Assembly (NCBI RefSeq): GCF_009914755.1
Contig: NC_060925.1
Direction: 5' to 3' (one strand)
DNA: 64,000 nt
Source of the DNA: the human T2T-CHM13v2.0 reference genome, Homo sapiens
The translations under genes and the position numbers were made by a program. Below, piece by piece: positions 28,740-44,760 of this stretch; position 1 is the stretch's first letter, and each line of letters begins with the position of its first letter. The notes beneath the pieces are model-generated. The model saw nothing but the letters and a program-made list of their open reading frames with translations. It was not told the DNA's origin and made no database searches.

Positions 28740-31700
28740 TTGAAACGAATGGAATTGTCATGAAATTGAAATGGATGGACTCATCATCGAATGGATTCGA
28801 ATGGAATCATCGAATAAAATTGATTGAAATCATCATCCAATGGAATCGAATGGTATCATTGAATGGAATCGAATGGAATCATCATCAGATGGAAATGAAT
28901 GGAATCGTCATAGAATGGAATCGAATGGATTCATTGAATGGAATCAGATGGAATCATCGAATGGACTGGAATGGAATCATTGAATGGACACGAAAGGGAT
29001 CATTATTGAATGGAATTGAATGGAAGCATCGAATGGTCTCGATTGGAATCATTATCAAATGGAATCGAATGGAATCACCGAATAGAATCGAATGGAACAA
29101 TCATCGAATGGACTCAAATGGAATTATCCTCCAATGGAATCGAATGGAATTATCGAATGCAATCGAATGGAATTATCGAATGCAATCGAATGGAATTATC
29201 GAATGCAATCGAATAGAATCATCGAATGGACTCGAATGGAATCATCGAATGGAATGGAATGGAACAGTCAATGAACTCGAATGGAATCATCATTGAATGG
29301 AATCGAATGGAATCATCGAGTGGAATCGAATGGAATTATGATCAAATGGAATCGAATGTAATCATCATCAAATGGAATCAAAAATAACCATCATCAATTG
29401 GTATTGAATGGAATTGTCATCAAATGGAATTCAAAGGAATCATCATCAAATGGAACCGAATGGAATCCTCATTGAATGGAAATGAAAGGGGTCATCATCT
29501 AATGGAATCGCATGGAATCATCATCAAATGGAATCGAATGGAATCATCATCAAATGGAATCTAATGGAATCATTGAACAGAATTGAATGGAATCGTCATC
29601 GAATGAATTGAATGCAATCATCGAATGGTCTCGAATGGAATCATCTTCTAATGGAAAGGAATGGAATCATCGCATAGAATCGAATGGAATTATCATCGAA
29701 TGGAATCGAATGGTATCAACACCAAACGGAAAAAAACGGAATTATCGAACGGAATCGAAGAGAATCTTCGAACGGACCCGAATGGAATCATCTAATGGAA
29801 TGGAATGGAATAGTCCATGGACTCGAATGCAATCATCATCGAATGGAATCGAATGGAATCATCGAATGGACTCGAATGGAATAATCATTGAACGGAATCG
29901 AATGGAATCATCATCGGATGGAAACGAATGGAATCATCATCGAATGGAAATGAAAGGAGTCATCATCTAATGGAATTGCATGGAATCATCATAAAATGGA
30001 ATCGAATGGAATCAACATCAAATGGAATCAAATGGAATCATTGAACGGAATTGAATGGAATCGTCATCGAATGAATTGACTGCAATCATCGAATGGTCTC
30101 GAATGGAATCATCTTCAAGTGGAATGGAATGGAATCATCGCATAGAATCGAATGGAATTATCATCGAATGGAATCGAATGGAATCAACATCAAACGGAAA
30201 AAAACGGAATTATCGAATGGAATCGAAGAGAATCATCGAATGGACCCGAATGGAATCATCTAATGGAATGGAATGGAATAATCCATGGACTCGAATGCAA
30301 TCATCATCGAATGGAATCGAATGGAATCATCGAATGGACTCGAATGGAATAATCATTGAACGGAATAGAATGGAATCATCATCGGATGGAAATGAATGGA
30401 ATCATCATCTAATGGAATCGAATAGAATTATGGAATGAAATCCAGTGTGATCATCATCGAATGGACCCGAATGGAATCATCATCCAACGGAAGCTAATGG
30501 AATCAACATCGAATGAATCAAATGGAAACACCATCGAATTGAAACGAATGGAATTATCATGAAATTGAAATGGATGGACTCATCATCGAATGGATTCGAA
30601 TGGAATCATCGAATAAAATTGATTGAAATCATCATCGAATGGAATCGAATGGTATCATTGAATGGAATCGAATGGAATCATCATCAGATGGAAATGAATG
30701 GAATCGTCATAGAATGGAATCGAATGGATTCATTGAATGGAATCAGATGGAATCATCGAATGGACTGGAATGGAATCATTGAATGGACTCGAAAGGGATC
30801 ATGATTGAATGGAATTGAATGGAATCATCGAATGGTCTCGATTGGAATCATTATCAAATGGAATCGAATGGAATCACCGAATAGAATCGAATGGAACAAT
30901 CATCGAATGGACTCAAATGGAATTATCCTCCAATGGAATCGAATGGAATTATCGAATGCAATCGAATGGAATTATCGAATGCAATCGAATAGAATCATCG
31001 AATGGACTCGAATGGAATCATCGAATGGAATGGAATGGAACAGTCAATGAACTCGAATGGAATCATCATTGAATCTAATCGAATGGAATCATCGAGAGGA
31101 ATCGAATGGAATTATGATCAAATGGAATCGAATGTAATCATCATCAAATGGAATCAAAAATAACCATCATCAATTGGTATTGAATGGAATTGTCATCAAA
31201 TGGAATTCAAAGGAATCATCATCAAATGGAACCGAATGGAATCCTCATTGAATGGAAATGAAAGGGGTCATCATCTAATGGAATCGCATGGAATCATCAT
31301 CAAATGGAATCGAAAGGAATCATCATCAAATGGAATCTAATGGAATCATTGAACAGAATTGAATGGAATCGTCATCGAATGAATTGAATGCAATCATCGA
31401 ATGGTCTCGAATGGAATCATCTTCTAATGGAAAGGAATGGAATCATCGCATAGAATCGAATGGAATTATCATCGAATGGAATCGAATGGTATCAACACCA
31501 AACGGAAAAAAACGGAATTATCGAATGGAATCGAAGAGAATCTTCGAACGGACCCGAATGGAATCATCTAATGGAATGGAATGGAATAATCCATGGACTC
31601 GAATGCAATCATCATCGAATGGAATCGAATGGAATCATCGAATGGACTCGAATGGAATAATCGTTGAACGGAATCGAATGGAATCATCATCGGATGGAAA

Positions 31701-34700
31701 CGAATGGAATCATCATCGAATGGAAATGAAAGGAGTCATCATCTAATGGAATTGCATGGAATCATCATAAAATGGAATCGAATGGAATCAACATCAAATG
31801 GAATCAAATGGAATCATTGAACGGAATTGAATGGAATCGTCATCGAATGAATTGACTGCAATCATCGAATGGTCTCGAATGGAATCATCTTCAAATGGAA
31901 TGGAATGGAATCATCGCATAGAATCGAATGGAATTATCATCGAATGGAATCGAATGGAATCAACATCAAACGGAAAAAAACGGAATTATCGAATGGAATC
32001 GAAGAGAATCATCGAATGGACCCGAATGGAATCATCTAATGGAATGGAATGGAATAATCCATGGACTCGAATGCAATCATCATCGAATGGAATCGAATGG
32101 AATCATCGAATGGACTCGAATGGAATAATCATTGAACGGAATCGAATGGAATCATCATCGGATGGAAATGAATGGAATCATCATCGAATGGAATCGAATA
32201 GAATTATGGAATGAAATCCAGTGTGATCATCATCGAATGGACCCGAATGGAATCATCATCCAACGGAAGCTAATGGAATCAACATCGAATGAATCGAATG
32301 GAAACACCATCGAATTGAAACGAATGGAATTATCATGAAATTGAAATGGATGGACTCATCATCGAATGGATTCGAATGGAATCATCGAATAAAATTGATT
32401 GAAATCATCATCCAATGGAATCGAATGGTATCATTGAATGGAATCGAATGGAATCATCATCAGATGGAAATGAATGGAATCGTCATAGAATGGAATCGAA
32501 TGGATTCATTGAATGGAATCAGATGGAATCATCGAATGGACTGGAATGGAATCATTGAATGGACTCGAAAGGGATCATGATTGAATGGAATTGAATGGAA
32601 TCATCGAATGGTCTCGATTGGAATCATTATCAAATGGAATCGAATGGAATCACCGAATAGAATCGAATGGAACAATCATCGAATGGACTCAAATGGAATT
32701 ATCCTCAAATGGAATCGAATGGAATTATCGAATGCAATCGAATGGAATTATCGAATGCAATCGAATAGAATCATCGAATGGACTCGAATGGAATCATCGA
32801 ATGGAATGGAATGGAACAGTCAATGAACTCGAATGGAATCATCATTGAATGGAATCGAATGGAATCATCGAGTGGAATCGAATGGAATTATGATCAAATG
32901 GAATCGAATGTAATCCTCATCAAATGGAATCAAAAATAACCATCATCAATTGGTATTGAATGGAATTGTCATCAAATGGAATTCAAAGGAATCATCATCA
33001 AATGGAACCGAATGGAATCCTCATTGAATGGAAATGAAAGGGGTCATCATCTAATGGAATCGCATGGAATCATCATCAAATGGAATCGAATGGAATCATC
33101 ATCAAATGGAATCTAATGGAATTATTGAACAGAATTGAATGGAATCGTCATCGAATGAATTGAATGCAATCATCGAATGGTCTCGAATGGAATCATCTTC
33201 TAATGGAAAGGAATGGAATCATCGCATAGAATCGAATGGAATTATCATCGAATGGAATCGAATGGTATCAACACCAAACGGAAAAAAACGGAATTATCGA
33301 ATGGAATCGAAGAGAATCTTCGAACGGACCCGAATGGAATCATCTAATGGAATGGAATGGAATAATCCATGGACTCGAATGCAATCATCATCGAATGGAA
33401 TGGAATGGAATCATCGAATGGACTCGAATGGAATAATCATTGAACGGAATCGAATGGAATCATCATCGGATGGAAACGAATGGAATCATCATCGAATGGA
33501 AATGAAAGGAGTCATCATCTAATGGAATTGCATGGAATCATCATCAAATGGAATCGAATGGAATCAACATCAAATGGAATCAAATGGAATCATTGAACGG
33601 AATTGAATGGAATCGTCATCGAATGAATTGACTGCAATCATCGAATGGTCTCGAATGGAATCATCTTCAAATGGAATGGAATGGAATCATCGCATAGAAT
33701 CGAATGGAATTATCATCGAATGGAATCGAATGGAATCAACATCAAACGGAAAAAAACGGAATTATCGAATGGAATCGAAGAGAATCATCGAATGGACCCG
33801 AATGGAATCATCTAATGGAATGGAATGGAATAATCCATGGACTCGAATGCAATCATCATCGAATGGAATCGAATGGAATCATCGAATGGACTCGAATGGA
33901 ATAATCATTGAACGGAATCGAATGGAATCATCATCGGATGGAAATGAATGGAATCATCATCGAATGGAATCGAATAGAATTATGGAATGAAATCCAGTGT
34001 GATCATCATCGAATGGACCCGAATGGAATCATCATCCAACGGAAGCTAATGGAATCAACATCGAATGAATCGAATGGAAACACCATCGAATTGAAACGAA
34101 TGGAATTGTCATGAAATTGAAATGGATGGACTCATCATCGAATGGATTCGAATGGAATCATCGAATAAAATTGATTGAAATCATCATCCAATGGAATCGA
34201 ATGGTATCATTGAATGGAATCGAATGGAATCATCATCAGATGGAAATGAATGGAATCGTCATAGAATGGAATCGAATGGATTCATTGAATGGAATCAGAT
34301 GGAATCATCGAATGGACTGGAATGGAATCATTGAATGGACACGAAAGGGATCATTATTGAATGGAATTGAATGGAAGCATCGAATGGTCTCGATTGGAAT
34401 CATTATCAAATGGAATCGAATGGAATCACCGAATAGAATCGAATGGAACAATCATCGAATGGACTCAAATGGAATTATCCTCCAATGCAATCGAATGGAA
34501 TTATCGAATGCAATCGAATGGAATTATCGAATGCAATCGAATAGAATCATCGAATGGACTCGAATGGAATCATCGAATGGAATGGAATGGAACAGTCAAT
34601 GAACTCGAATGGAATCATCATTGAATGGAATCGAATGGAATCATCGGGTGGAATCGAATGGAATTATGATCAAATGGAATCGAATGTAATCATCATCAAA

Positions 34701-37700
34701 TGGAATCAAAAATAACCATCATCAATTGGTATTGAATGGAATTGTCATCAAATGGAATTCAAAGGAATCATCATCAAATGGAACCGAATGGAATCCTCAT
34801 TGAATGGAAATGAAAGGGGTCATCATCTAATGGAATCGCATGGAATCATCATCAAATGGAATCGAATGGAATCATCATCAAATGGAATCTAATGGAATCA
34901 TTGAACAGAATTGAATGGAATCGTCATCGAATGAATTGAATGCAATCATCGAATGGTCTCGAATGGAATCATCTTCTAATGGAAAGGAATGGAATCATCG
35001 CATAGAATCGAATGGAATTATCATCGAATGGAATCGAATGGTATCAACACCAAACGGAAAAAAACGGAATTATCGAATGGAATCGAAGAGAATCTTCGAA
35101 CGGACCCGAATGGAATCATCTAATGGAATGGAATGGAATAGTCCATGGACTCGAATGCAATCATCATCGAATGGAATCGAATGGAATCATCGAATGGACT
35201 CGAATGGAATAATCAATGAACGGAATCGAATGGAATCATCATCGGATGGAAACGAATGGAATCATCATCGAATGGAAATGAAAGGAGTCATCATCTAATG
35301 GAATTGCATGGAATCATCATAAAATGGAATCGAATGGAATCAACATCAAATGGAATCAAATGGAATCATTGAACGGAATTGAATGGAATCGTCATCGAAT
35401 GAATTGACTGCAATCATCGAATGGTCTCGAATGGAATCATCTTCAAGTGGAATGGAATGGAATCATCGCATAGAATCGAATGGAATTATCATCGAATGGA
35501 ATCGAATGGAATCAACATCAAACGGAAAAAAACGGAATTATCGAATGGAATCGAAGAGAATCATCGAATGGACCCGAATGGAATCATCTAATGGAATGGA
35601 ATGGAATAATCCATGGACTCGAATGCAATCATCATCGAATGGAATCGAATGGAATCATCGAATGGACTCGAATGGAATAATCATTGAACGGAATCGAATG
35701 GAATCATCATCGGATGGAAATGAATGGAATCATCATCGAATGGAATCGAATAGAATTATGGAATGAAATCCAGTGTGATCATCATCGAATGGACCCGAAT
35801 GGAATCATCATCCAACGGAAGCTAATGGAATCAACATCGAATGAATCAAATGGAAACACCATCGAATTGAAACGAATGGAATTATCATGAAATTGAAATG
35901 GATGGACTCATCATCGAATGGATTCGAATGGAATCATCGAATAAAATTGATTGAAATCATCATCGAATGGAATCGAATGGTATCATTGAATGGAATCGAA
36001 TGGAATCATCATCAGATGGAAATGAATGGAATCGTCATAGAATGGAATCGAATGGATTCATTGAATGGAATCAGATGGAATCATCGAATGGACTGGAATG
36101 GAATCATTGAATGGACTCGAAAGGGATCATGATTGAATGGAATTGAATGGAATCATCGAATGGTCTCGATTGGAATCATTATCAAATGGAATCGAATGGA
36201 ATCACCGAATAGAATCGAATGGAACAATCATCGAATGGACTCAAATGGAATTATCCTCCAATGGAATCGAATGGAATTATCGAATGCAATCGAATGGAAT
36301 TATCGAATGCAATCGAATAGAATCATCGAATGGACTCGAATGGAATCATCGAATGGAATGGAATGGAACAGTCAATGAACTCGAATGGAATCATCATTGA
36401 ATGGAATCGAATGGAATCATCGAGAGGAATCGAATGGAATTATGATCAAATGGAATCGAATGTAATCATCATCAAATGGAATCAAAAATAACCATCATCA
36501 ATTGGTATTGAATGGAATTGTCATCAAATGGAATTCAAAGGAATCATCATCAAATGGAACCGAATGGAATCCTCATTGAATGGAAATGAAAGGGGTCATC
36601 ATCTAATGGAATCGCATGGAATCATCATCAAATGGAATCGAAAGGAATCATCATCAAATGGAATCTAATGGAATCATTGAACAGAATTGAATGGAATCGT
36701 CATCGAATGAATTGAATGCAATCATCGAATGGTCTCGAATGGAATCATCTTCTAATGGAAAGGAATGGAATCATCGCATAGAATCGAATGGAATTATCAT
36801 CGAATGGAATCGAATGGTATCAACACCAAACGGAAAAAAACGGAATTATCGAATGGAATCGAAGAGAATCTTCGAACGGACCCGAATGGAATCATCTAAT
36901 GGAATGGAATGGAATAATCCATGGACTCGAATGCAATCATCATCGAATGGAATCGAATGGAATCATCGAATGGACTCGAATGGAATAATCGTTGAACGGA
37001 ATCGAATGGAATCATCATCGGATGGAAACGAATGGAATCATCATCGAATGGAAATGAAAGGAGTCATCATCTAATGGAATTGCATGGAATCATCATCAAA
37101 TGGAATCGAATGGAATCAACATCAAATGGAATCAAATGGAATCATTGAACGGAATTGAATGGAATCGTCATCGAATGAATTGAATGCAATCATCGAATGG
37201 TCTCGAATGGAATCATCTTCAAATGGAATGGAATGGAATCATCGCATAGAATCGAATGGAATTATCATCGAATGGAATCGAATGGAATCAACATCAAACG
37301 GAAAAAAACGGAATTATCGAATGGAATCGAAGAGAATCATCGAATGGACCCGAATGGAATCATCTAATGGAATGGAATGGAATAATCCATGGACTCGAAT
37401 GCAATCATCATCGAATGGAATCGAATGGAATCATCGAATGGACTCGAATGGAATAATCATTGAACGGAATCGAATGGAATCATCATCGGATGGAAATGAA
37501 TGGAATCATCATCGAATGGAATCGAATAGAATTATGGAATGAAATCCAGTGTGATCATCATCGAATGGACCCGAATGGAATCATCATCCAACGGAAGCTA
37601 ATGGAATCAACATCGAATGAATCGAATGGAAACACCATCGAATTGAAACGAATGGAATTATCATGAAATTGAAATGGATGGACTCATCATCGAATGGATT

Positions 37701-40700
37701 CGAATGGAATCATCGAATAAAATTGATTGAAATCATCATCCAATGGAATCGAATGGTATCATTGAATGGAATCGAATGGAATCATCATCAGATGGAAATG
37801 AATGGAATCGTCATAGAATGGAATCGAATGGATTCATTGAATGGAATCAGATGGAATCATCGAATGGACTGGAATGGAATCATTGAATGGACTCGAAAGG
37901 GATCATTATTGAATGGAATTGAATGGAATCATCGAATGGTCTCGATTGGAATCATTATCAAATGGAATCGAATGGAATCACCGAATAGAATCGAATGGAA
38001 CAATCATCGAATGGACTCAAATGGAATTATCCTCAAATGGAATCGAATGGAATTATCGAATGCAATCGAATGGAATTATCGAATGCAATCGAATAGAATC
38101 ATCGAATGGACTCGAATGGAATCATCGAATGGAATGGAATGGAACAGTCAATGAACTCGAATGGAATCATCATTGAATGGAATCGAATGGAATCATCGAG
38201 TGGAATCGAATGGAATTATGATCAAATGGAATCGAATGTAATCATCATCAAATGGAATCAAAAATAACCATCATCAATTGGTATTGAATGGAATTGTCAT
38301 CAAATGGAATTCAAAGGAATCATCATCAAATGGAACCGAATGGAATCCTCATTGAATGGAAATGAAAGGGGTCATCATCTAATGGAATCGCATGGAATCA
38401 TCATCAAATGGAATCGAATGGAATCATCATCAAATGGAATCTAATGGAATTATTGAACAGAATTGAATGGAATCGTCATCGCATGAATTGAATGCAATCA
38501 TCGAATGGTCTCGAATGGAATCATCTTCTAATGGAAAGGAATGGAATCATTGCATAGAATCGAATGGAATTATCATCGAATGGAATCGAATGGTATCAAC
38601 ACCAAACGGAAAAAAACGGAATTATCGAATGGAATCGAAGAGAATCTTCGAACGGACCCGAATGGAATCATCTAATGGAATGGAATGGAATAATCCATGG
38701 ACTCGAATGCAATCATCATCGAATGGAATGGAATGGAATCATCGAATGGACTCGAATGGAATAATCATTGAACGGAATCGAATGGAATCATCATCGGATG
38801 GAAACGAATGGAATCATTATCGAATGGAAATGAAAGGAGTCATCATCTAATGGAATTGCATGGAATCATCATCAAATGGAATCGAATGGAATCAACATCA
38901 AATGGAATCAAATGGAATCATTGAACGGAATTGAATGGAATCGTCATCGAATGAATTGACTGCAATCATCCAATGGTCTCGAATGGAATCATCTTCAAAT
39001 GGAATGGAATGGAATCATCGCATAGAATCGAATGGAATTATCATCGAATGGAATCGAATGGAATCAACATCAAACGGAAAAAAACGGAATTATCGAATGG
39101 AATCGAAGAGAATCATCGAATGGACCCGAATGGAATCATCTAATGGAATGGAATGGAATAATCCATGGACTCGAATGCAATCATCATCGAATGGAATCGA
39201 ATGGAATCATCGAATGGACTCGAATGGAATAATCATTGAACGGAATCGAATGGAATCATCATCGGATGGAAATGAATGGAATCATCATCGAATGGAATCG
39301 AATAGAATTATGGAATGAAATCCAGTGTGATCATCATCGAATGGACCCGAATGGAATCATCATCCAACGGAAGCTAATGGAATCAACATCGAATGAATCG
39401 AATGGAAACACCATCGAATTGAAACGAATGGAATTGTCATGAAATTGAAATGGATGGACTCATCATCGAATGGATTCGAATGGAATCATCGAATAAAATT
39501 GATTGAAATCATCATCCAATGGAATCGAATGGTATCATTGAATGGAATCGAATGGAATCATCATCAGATGGAAATGAATGGAATCGTCATAGAATGGAAT
39601 CGAATGGATTCATTGAATGGAATCAGATGGAATCATCGAATGGACTGGAATGGAATCATTGAATGGACACGAAAGGGATCATTATTGAATGGAATTGAAT
39701 GGAAGCATCGAATGGTCTCGATTGGAATCATTATCAAATGGAATCGAATGGAATCACCGAATAGAATCGAATGGAACAATCATCGAATGGACTCAAATGG
39801 AATTATCCTCCAATGGAATCGAATGGAATTATCGAATGCAATCGAATGGAATTATCGAATGCAATCGAATAGAATCATCGAATGGACTCGAATGGAATCA
39901 TCGAATGGAATGGAATGGAACAGTCAATGAACTCGAATGGAATCATCATTGAATGGAATCGAATGGAATCATCGAGTGGAATCGAATGGAATTATGATCA
40001 AATGGAATCGAATGTAATCATCATCAAATGGAATCAAAAATAACCATCATCAATTGGTATTGAATGGAATTGTCATCAAATGGAATTCAAAGGAATCATC
40101 ATCAAATGGAACCGAATGGAATCCTCATTGAATGGAAATGAAAGGGGTCATCATCTAATGGAATCGCATGGAATCATCATCAAATGGAATCGAATGGAAT
40201 CATCATCAAATGGAATCTAATGGAATCATTGAACAGAATTGAATGGAATCGTCATCGAATGAATTGAATGCAATCATCGAATGGTCTCGAATGGAATCAT
40301 CTTCTAATGGAAAGGAATGGAATCATCGCATAGAATCGAATGGAATTATCATCGAATGGAATCGAATGGTATCAACACCAAACGGAAAAAAACGGAATTA
40401 TCGAATGGAATCGAAGAGAATCTTCGAACGGACCCGAATGGAATCATCTAATGGAATGGAATGGAATAGTCCATGGACTCGAATGCAATCATCATCGAAT
40501 GGAATCGAATGGAATCATCGAATGGACTCGAATGGAATAATCATTGAACGGAATCGAATGGAATCATCATCGGATGGAAACGAATGGAATCATCATCGAA
40601 TGGAAATGAAAGGAGTCATCATCTAATGGAATTGCATGGAATCATCATAAAATGGAATCGAATGGAATCAACATCAAATGGAATCAAATGGAATCATTGA

Positions 40701-43700
40701 ACGGAATTGAATGGAATCGTCATCGAATGAATTGACTGCAATCATCGAATGGTCTCGAATGGAATCATCTTCAAGTGGAATGGAATGGAATCATCGCATA
40801 GAATCGAATGGAATTATCATCGAATGGAATCGAATGGAATCAACATCAAACGGAAAAAAACGGAATTATCGAATGGAATCGAAGAGAATCATCGAATGGA
40901 CCCGAATGGAATCATCTAATGGAATGGAATGGAATAATCCATGGACTCGAATGCAATCATCATCGAATGGAATCGAATGGAATCATCGAATGGACTCGAA
41001 TGGAATAATCATTGAACGGAATAGAATGGAATCATCATCGGATGGAAATGAATGGAATCATCATCTAATGGAATCGAATAGAATTATGGAATGAAATCCA
41101 GTGTGATCATCATCGAATGGACCCGAATGGAATCATCATCCAACGGAAGCTAATGGAATCAACATCGAATGAATCAAATGGAAACACCATCGAATTGAAA
41201 CGAATGGAATTATCATGAAATTGAAATGGATGGACTCATCATCGAATGGATTCGAATGGAATCATCGAATAAAATTGATTGAAATCATCATCGAATGGAA
41301 TCGAACGGTATCATTGAATGGAATCGAATGGAATCATCATCAGATGGAAATGAATGGAATCGTCATAGAATGGAATCGAATGGATTCATTGAATGGAATC
41401 AGATGGAATCATCGAATGGACTGGAATGGAATCATTGAATGGACTCGAAAAGGATCATGATTGAATGGAATTGAATGGAATCATCGAATGGTCTCGATTG
41501 GAATCATTATCAAATGGAATCGAATGGAATCACCGAATAGAATCGAATGGAACAATCATCGAATGGACTCAAATGGAATTATCCTCCAATGGAATCGAAT
41601 GGAATTATCGAATGCAATCGAATGGAATTATCGAATGCAATCGAATAGAATCATCGAATGGACTCGAATGGAATCATCGAATGGAATGGAATGGAACAGT
41701 CAATGAACTCGAATGGAATCATCATTGAATGGAATCGAATGGAATCATCGAGAGGAATCGAATGGAATTATGATCAAATGGAATCGAATGTAATCATCAT
41801 CAAATGGAATCAAAAATAACCATCATCAATTGGTATTGAATGGAATTGTCATCAAATGGAATTCAAAGGAATCATCATCAAATGGAACCGAATGGAATCC
41901 TCATTGAATGGAAATGAAAGGGGTCATCATCTAATGGAATCGCATGGAATCATCATCAAATGGAATCGAAAGGAATCATCATCAAATGGAATCTAATGGA
42001 ATCATTGAACAGAATTGAATGGAATCGTCATCGAATGAATTGAATGCAATCATCGAATGGTCTCGAATGGAATCATCTTCTAATGGAAAGGAATGGAATC
42101 ATCGCATAGAATCGAATGGAATTATCATCGAATGGAATCGAATGGTATCAACACCAAACGGAAAAAAACGGAATTATCGAATGGAATCGAAGAGAATCTT
42201 CGAACGGACCCGAATTGAATCATCTAATGGAATGGAATGGAATAATCCATGGACTCGAATGCAATCATCATCGAATGGAATCGAATGGAATCATCGAATG
42301 GACTCGAATGGAATAATCGTTGTACGGAATCGAATGGAATCATCATCGGATGGAAACGAATGGAATCATCATCGAATGGAAATGAAAGGAGTCATCATCT
42401 AATGGAATTGCATGGAATCATCATCAAATGGAATCGAATGGAATCAACATCAAATGGAATCAAATGGAATCATTGAACGGAATTGAATGGAATCGTCATC
42501 GAATGAATTGACTGCAATCATCGAATGGTCTCGAATGGAATCATCTTCAAATGGAATGGAATGGAATCATCGCATAGAATCGAATGGAATTATCATCGAA
42601 TGGAATCGAATGGAATCAACATCAAACGGAAAAAAACGGAATTATCGAATGGAATCGAAGAGAATCATCGAATGGACCCGAATGGAATCATCTAATGGAA
42701 TGGAATGGAATAATCCATGGACTCGAATGCAATCATCATCGAATGGAATCGAATGGAATCATCGAATGGACTCGAATGGAATAATCATTGAACGGAATCG
42801 AATGGAATCATCATCGGATGGAAATGAATGGAATCATCATCGAATGGAATCGAATAGAATTATGGAATGAAATCCAGTGTGATCATCATCGAATGGACCC
42901 GAATGGAATCATCATCCAACGGAAGCTAATGGAATCAACATCGAATGAATCGAATGGAAACACCATCGAATTGAAACGAATGGAATTATCATGAAATTGA
43001 AATGGATGGACTCATCATCGAATGGATTCGAATGGAATCATCGAATAAAATTGATTGAAATCATCATCCAATGGAATCGAATGGTATCATTGAATGGAAT
43101 CGAATGGAATCATCATCAGATGGAAATGAATGGAATCGTCATAGAATGGAATCGAATGGATTCATTGAATGGAATCAGATGGAATCATCGAATGGACTGG
43201 AATGGAATCATTGAATGGACTCGAAAGGGATCATTATTGAATGGAATTGAATGGAATCATCGAATGGTCTCGATTGGAATCATTATCAAATGGAATCGAA
43301 TGGAATCACCGAATAGAATCGAATGGAACAATCATCGAATGGACTCAAATGGAATTATCCTCCAATGGAATCGAATGGAATTATCGAATGCAATCGAATG
43401 GAATTATCGAATGCAATCGAATAGAATCATCGAATGGACTCGAATGGAATCATCGAATGGAATGGAATGGAACAGTCAATGAACTCGAATGGAATCATCA
43501 TTGAATGGAATCGAATGGAATCATCGAGTGGAATCGAATGGAATTATGATCAAATGGAATCGAATGTAATCATCATCAAATGGAATCAAAAATAACCATC
43601 ATCAATTGGTATTGAATGGAATTGTCATCAAATGGAATTCAAAGGAATCATCATCAAATGGAACCGAATGGAATCCTCATTGAATGGAAATGAAAGGGGT

Positions 43701-44760
43701 CATCATCTAATGGAATCGCATGGAATCATCATCAAATGGAATCGAATGGAATCATCATCAAATGGAATCTAATGGAATCATTGAACAGAATTGAATGGAA
43801 TCGTCATCGAATGAATTGAATGCAATCATCGAATGGTCTCGAATGGAATCATCTTCTAATGGAAAGGAATGGAATCATCGCATAGAATCGAATGGAATTA
43901 TCATCGAATGGAATCGAATGGTATCAACACCAAACGGAAAAAAACGGAATTATCGAATGGAATCGAAGAGAATCTTCGAACGGACCCGAATGGAATCATC
44001 TAATGGAATGGAATGGAATAATCCATGGACTCGAATGCAATCATCATCGAATGGAATGGAATGGAATCATCGAATGGACTCGAATGGAATAATCATTGAA
44101 CGGAATCGAATGGAATCATCATCGGATGGAAACGAATGGAATCATCATCGAATGGAAATGAAAGGAGTCATCATCTAATGGAATTGCATGGAATCATCAT
44201 CAAATGGAATCGAATGGAATCAACATCAAATGGAATCAAATGGAATCATTGAACGGAATTGAATGGAATCGTCATCGAATGAATTGACTGCAATCATCGA
44301 ATGGTCTCGAATGGAATCATCTTCAAATGGAATGGAATGGAATCATCGCATAGAATCGAATGGAATTATCATCGAATGGAATCGAATGGAATCAACATCA
44401 AACGGAAAAAAACGGAATTATCGAATGGAATCGAAGAGAATCATCGAATGGACCCGAATGGAATCATCTAATGGAATGGAATGGAATAATCCATGGACTC
44501 GAATGCAATCATCATCGAATGGAATCGAATGGAATCATCGAATGGACTCGAATGGAATAATCATTGAACGGAATCGAATGGAATCATCATCGGATGGAAA
44601 TGAATGGAATCATCATCGAATGGAATCGAATAGAATTATGGAATGAAATCCAGTGTGATCATCATCGAATGGACCCGAATGGAATCATCATCCAACGGAA
44701 GCTAATGGAATCAACATCGAATGAATCGAATGGAAACACCATCGAATTGAAACGAATGGA
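28740..44760 (+). repeat. Local higher-order repeat: 3 copies of a 3-monomer (5328-bp) unit
   Basis: Diagnostic variants recur every 5328 bp: 'aatagtcc' (units 29587/34915/40243), 'ttcaagtgg' (30055/35383/40711), 'aatcgttg' (31363/36691/42019), 'catcgaatggaatggaatggaatc' in subunit A (33139/38467/43795), and 'ggacacg' + 'gaagcatcg' (28760/34111/39439; the first interval is +23). Confidence 0.88.
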
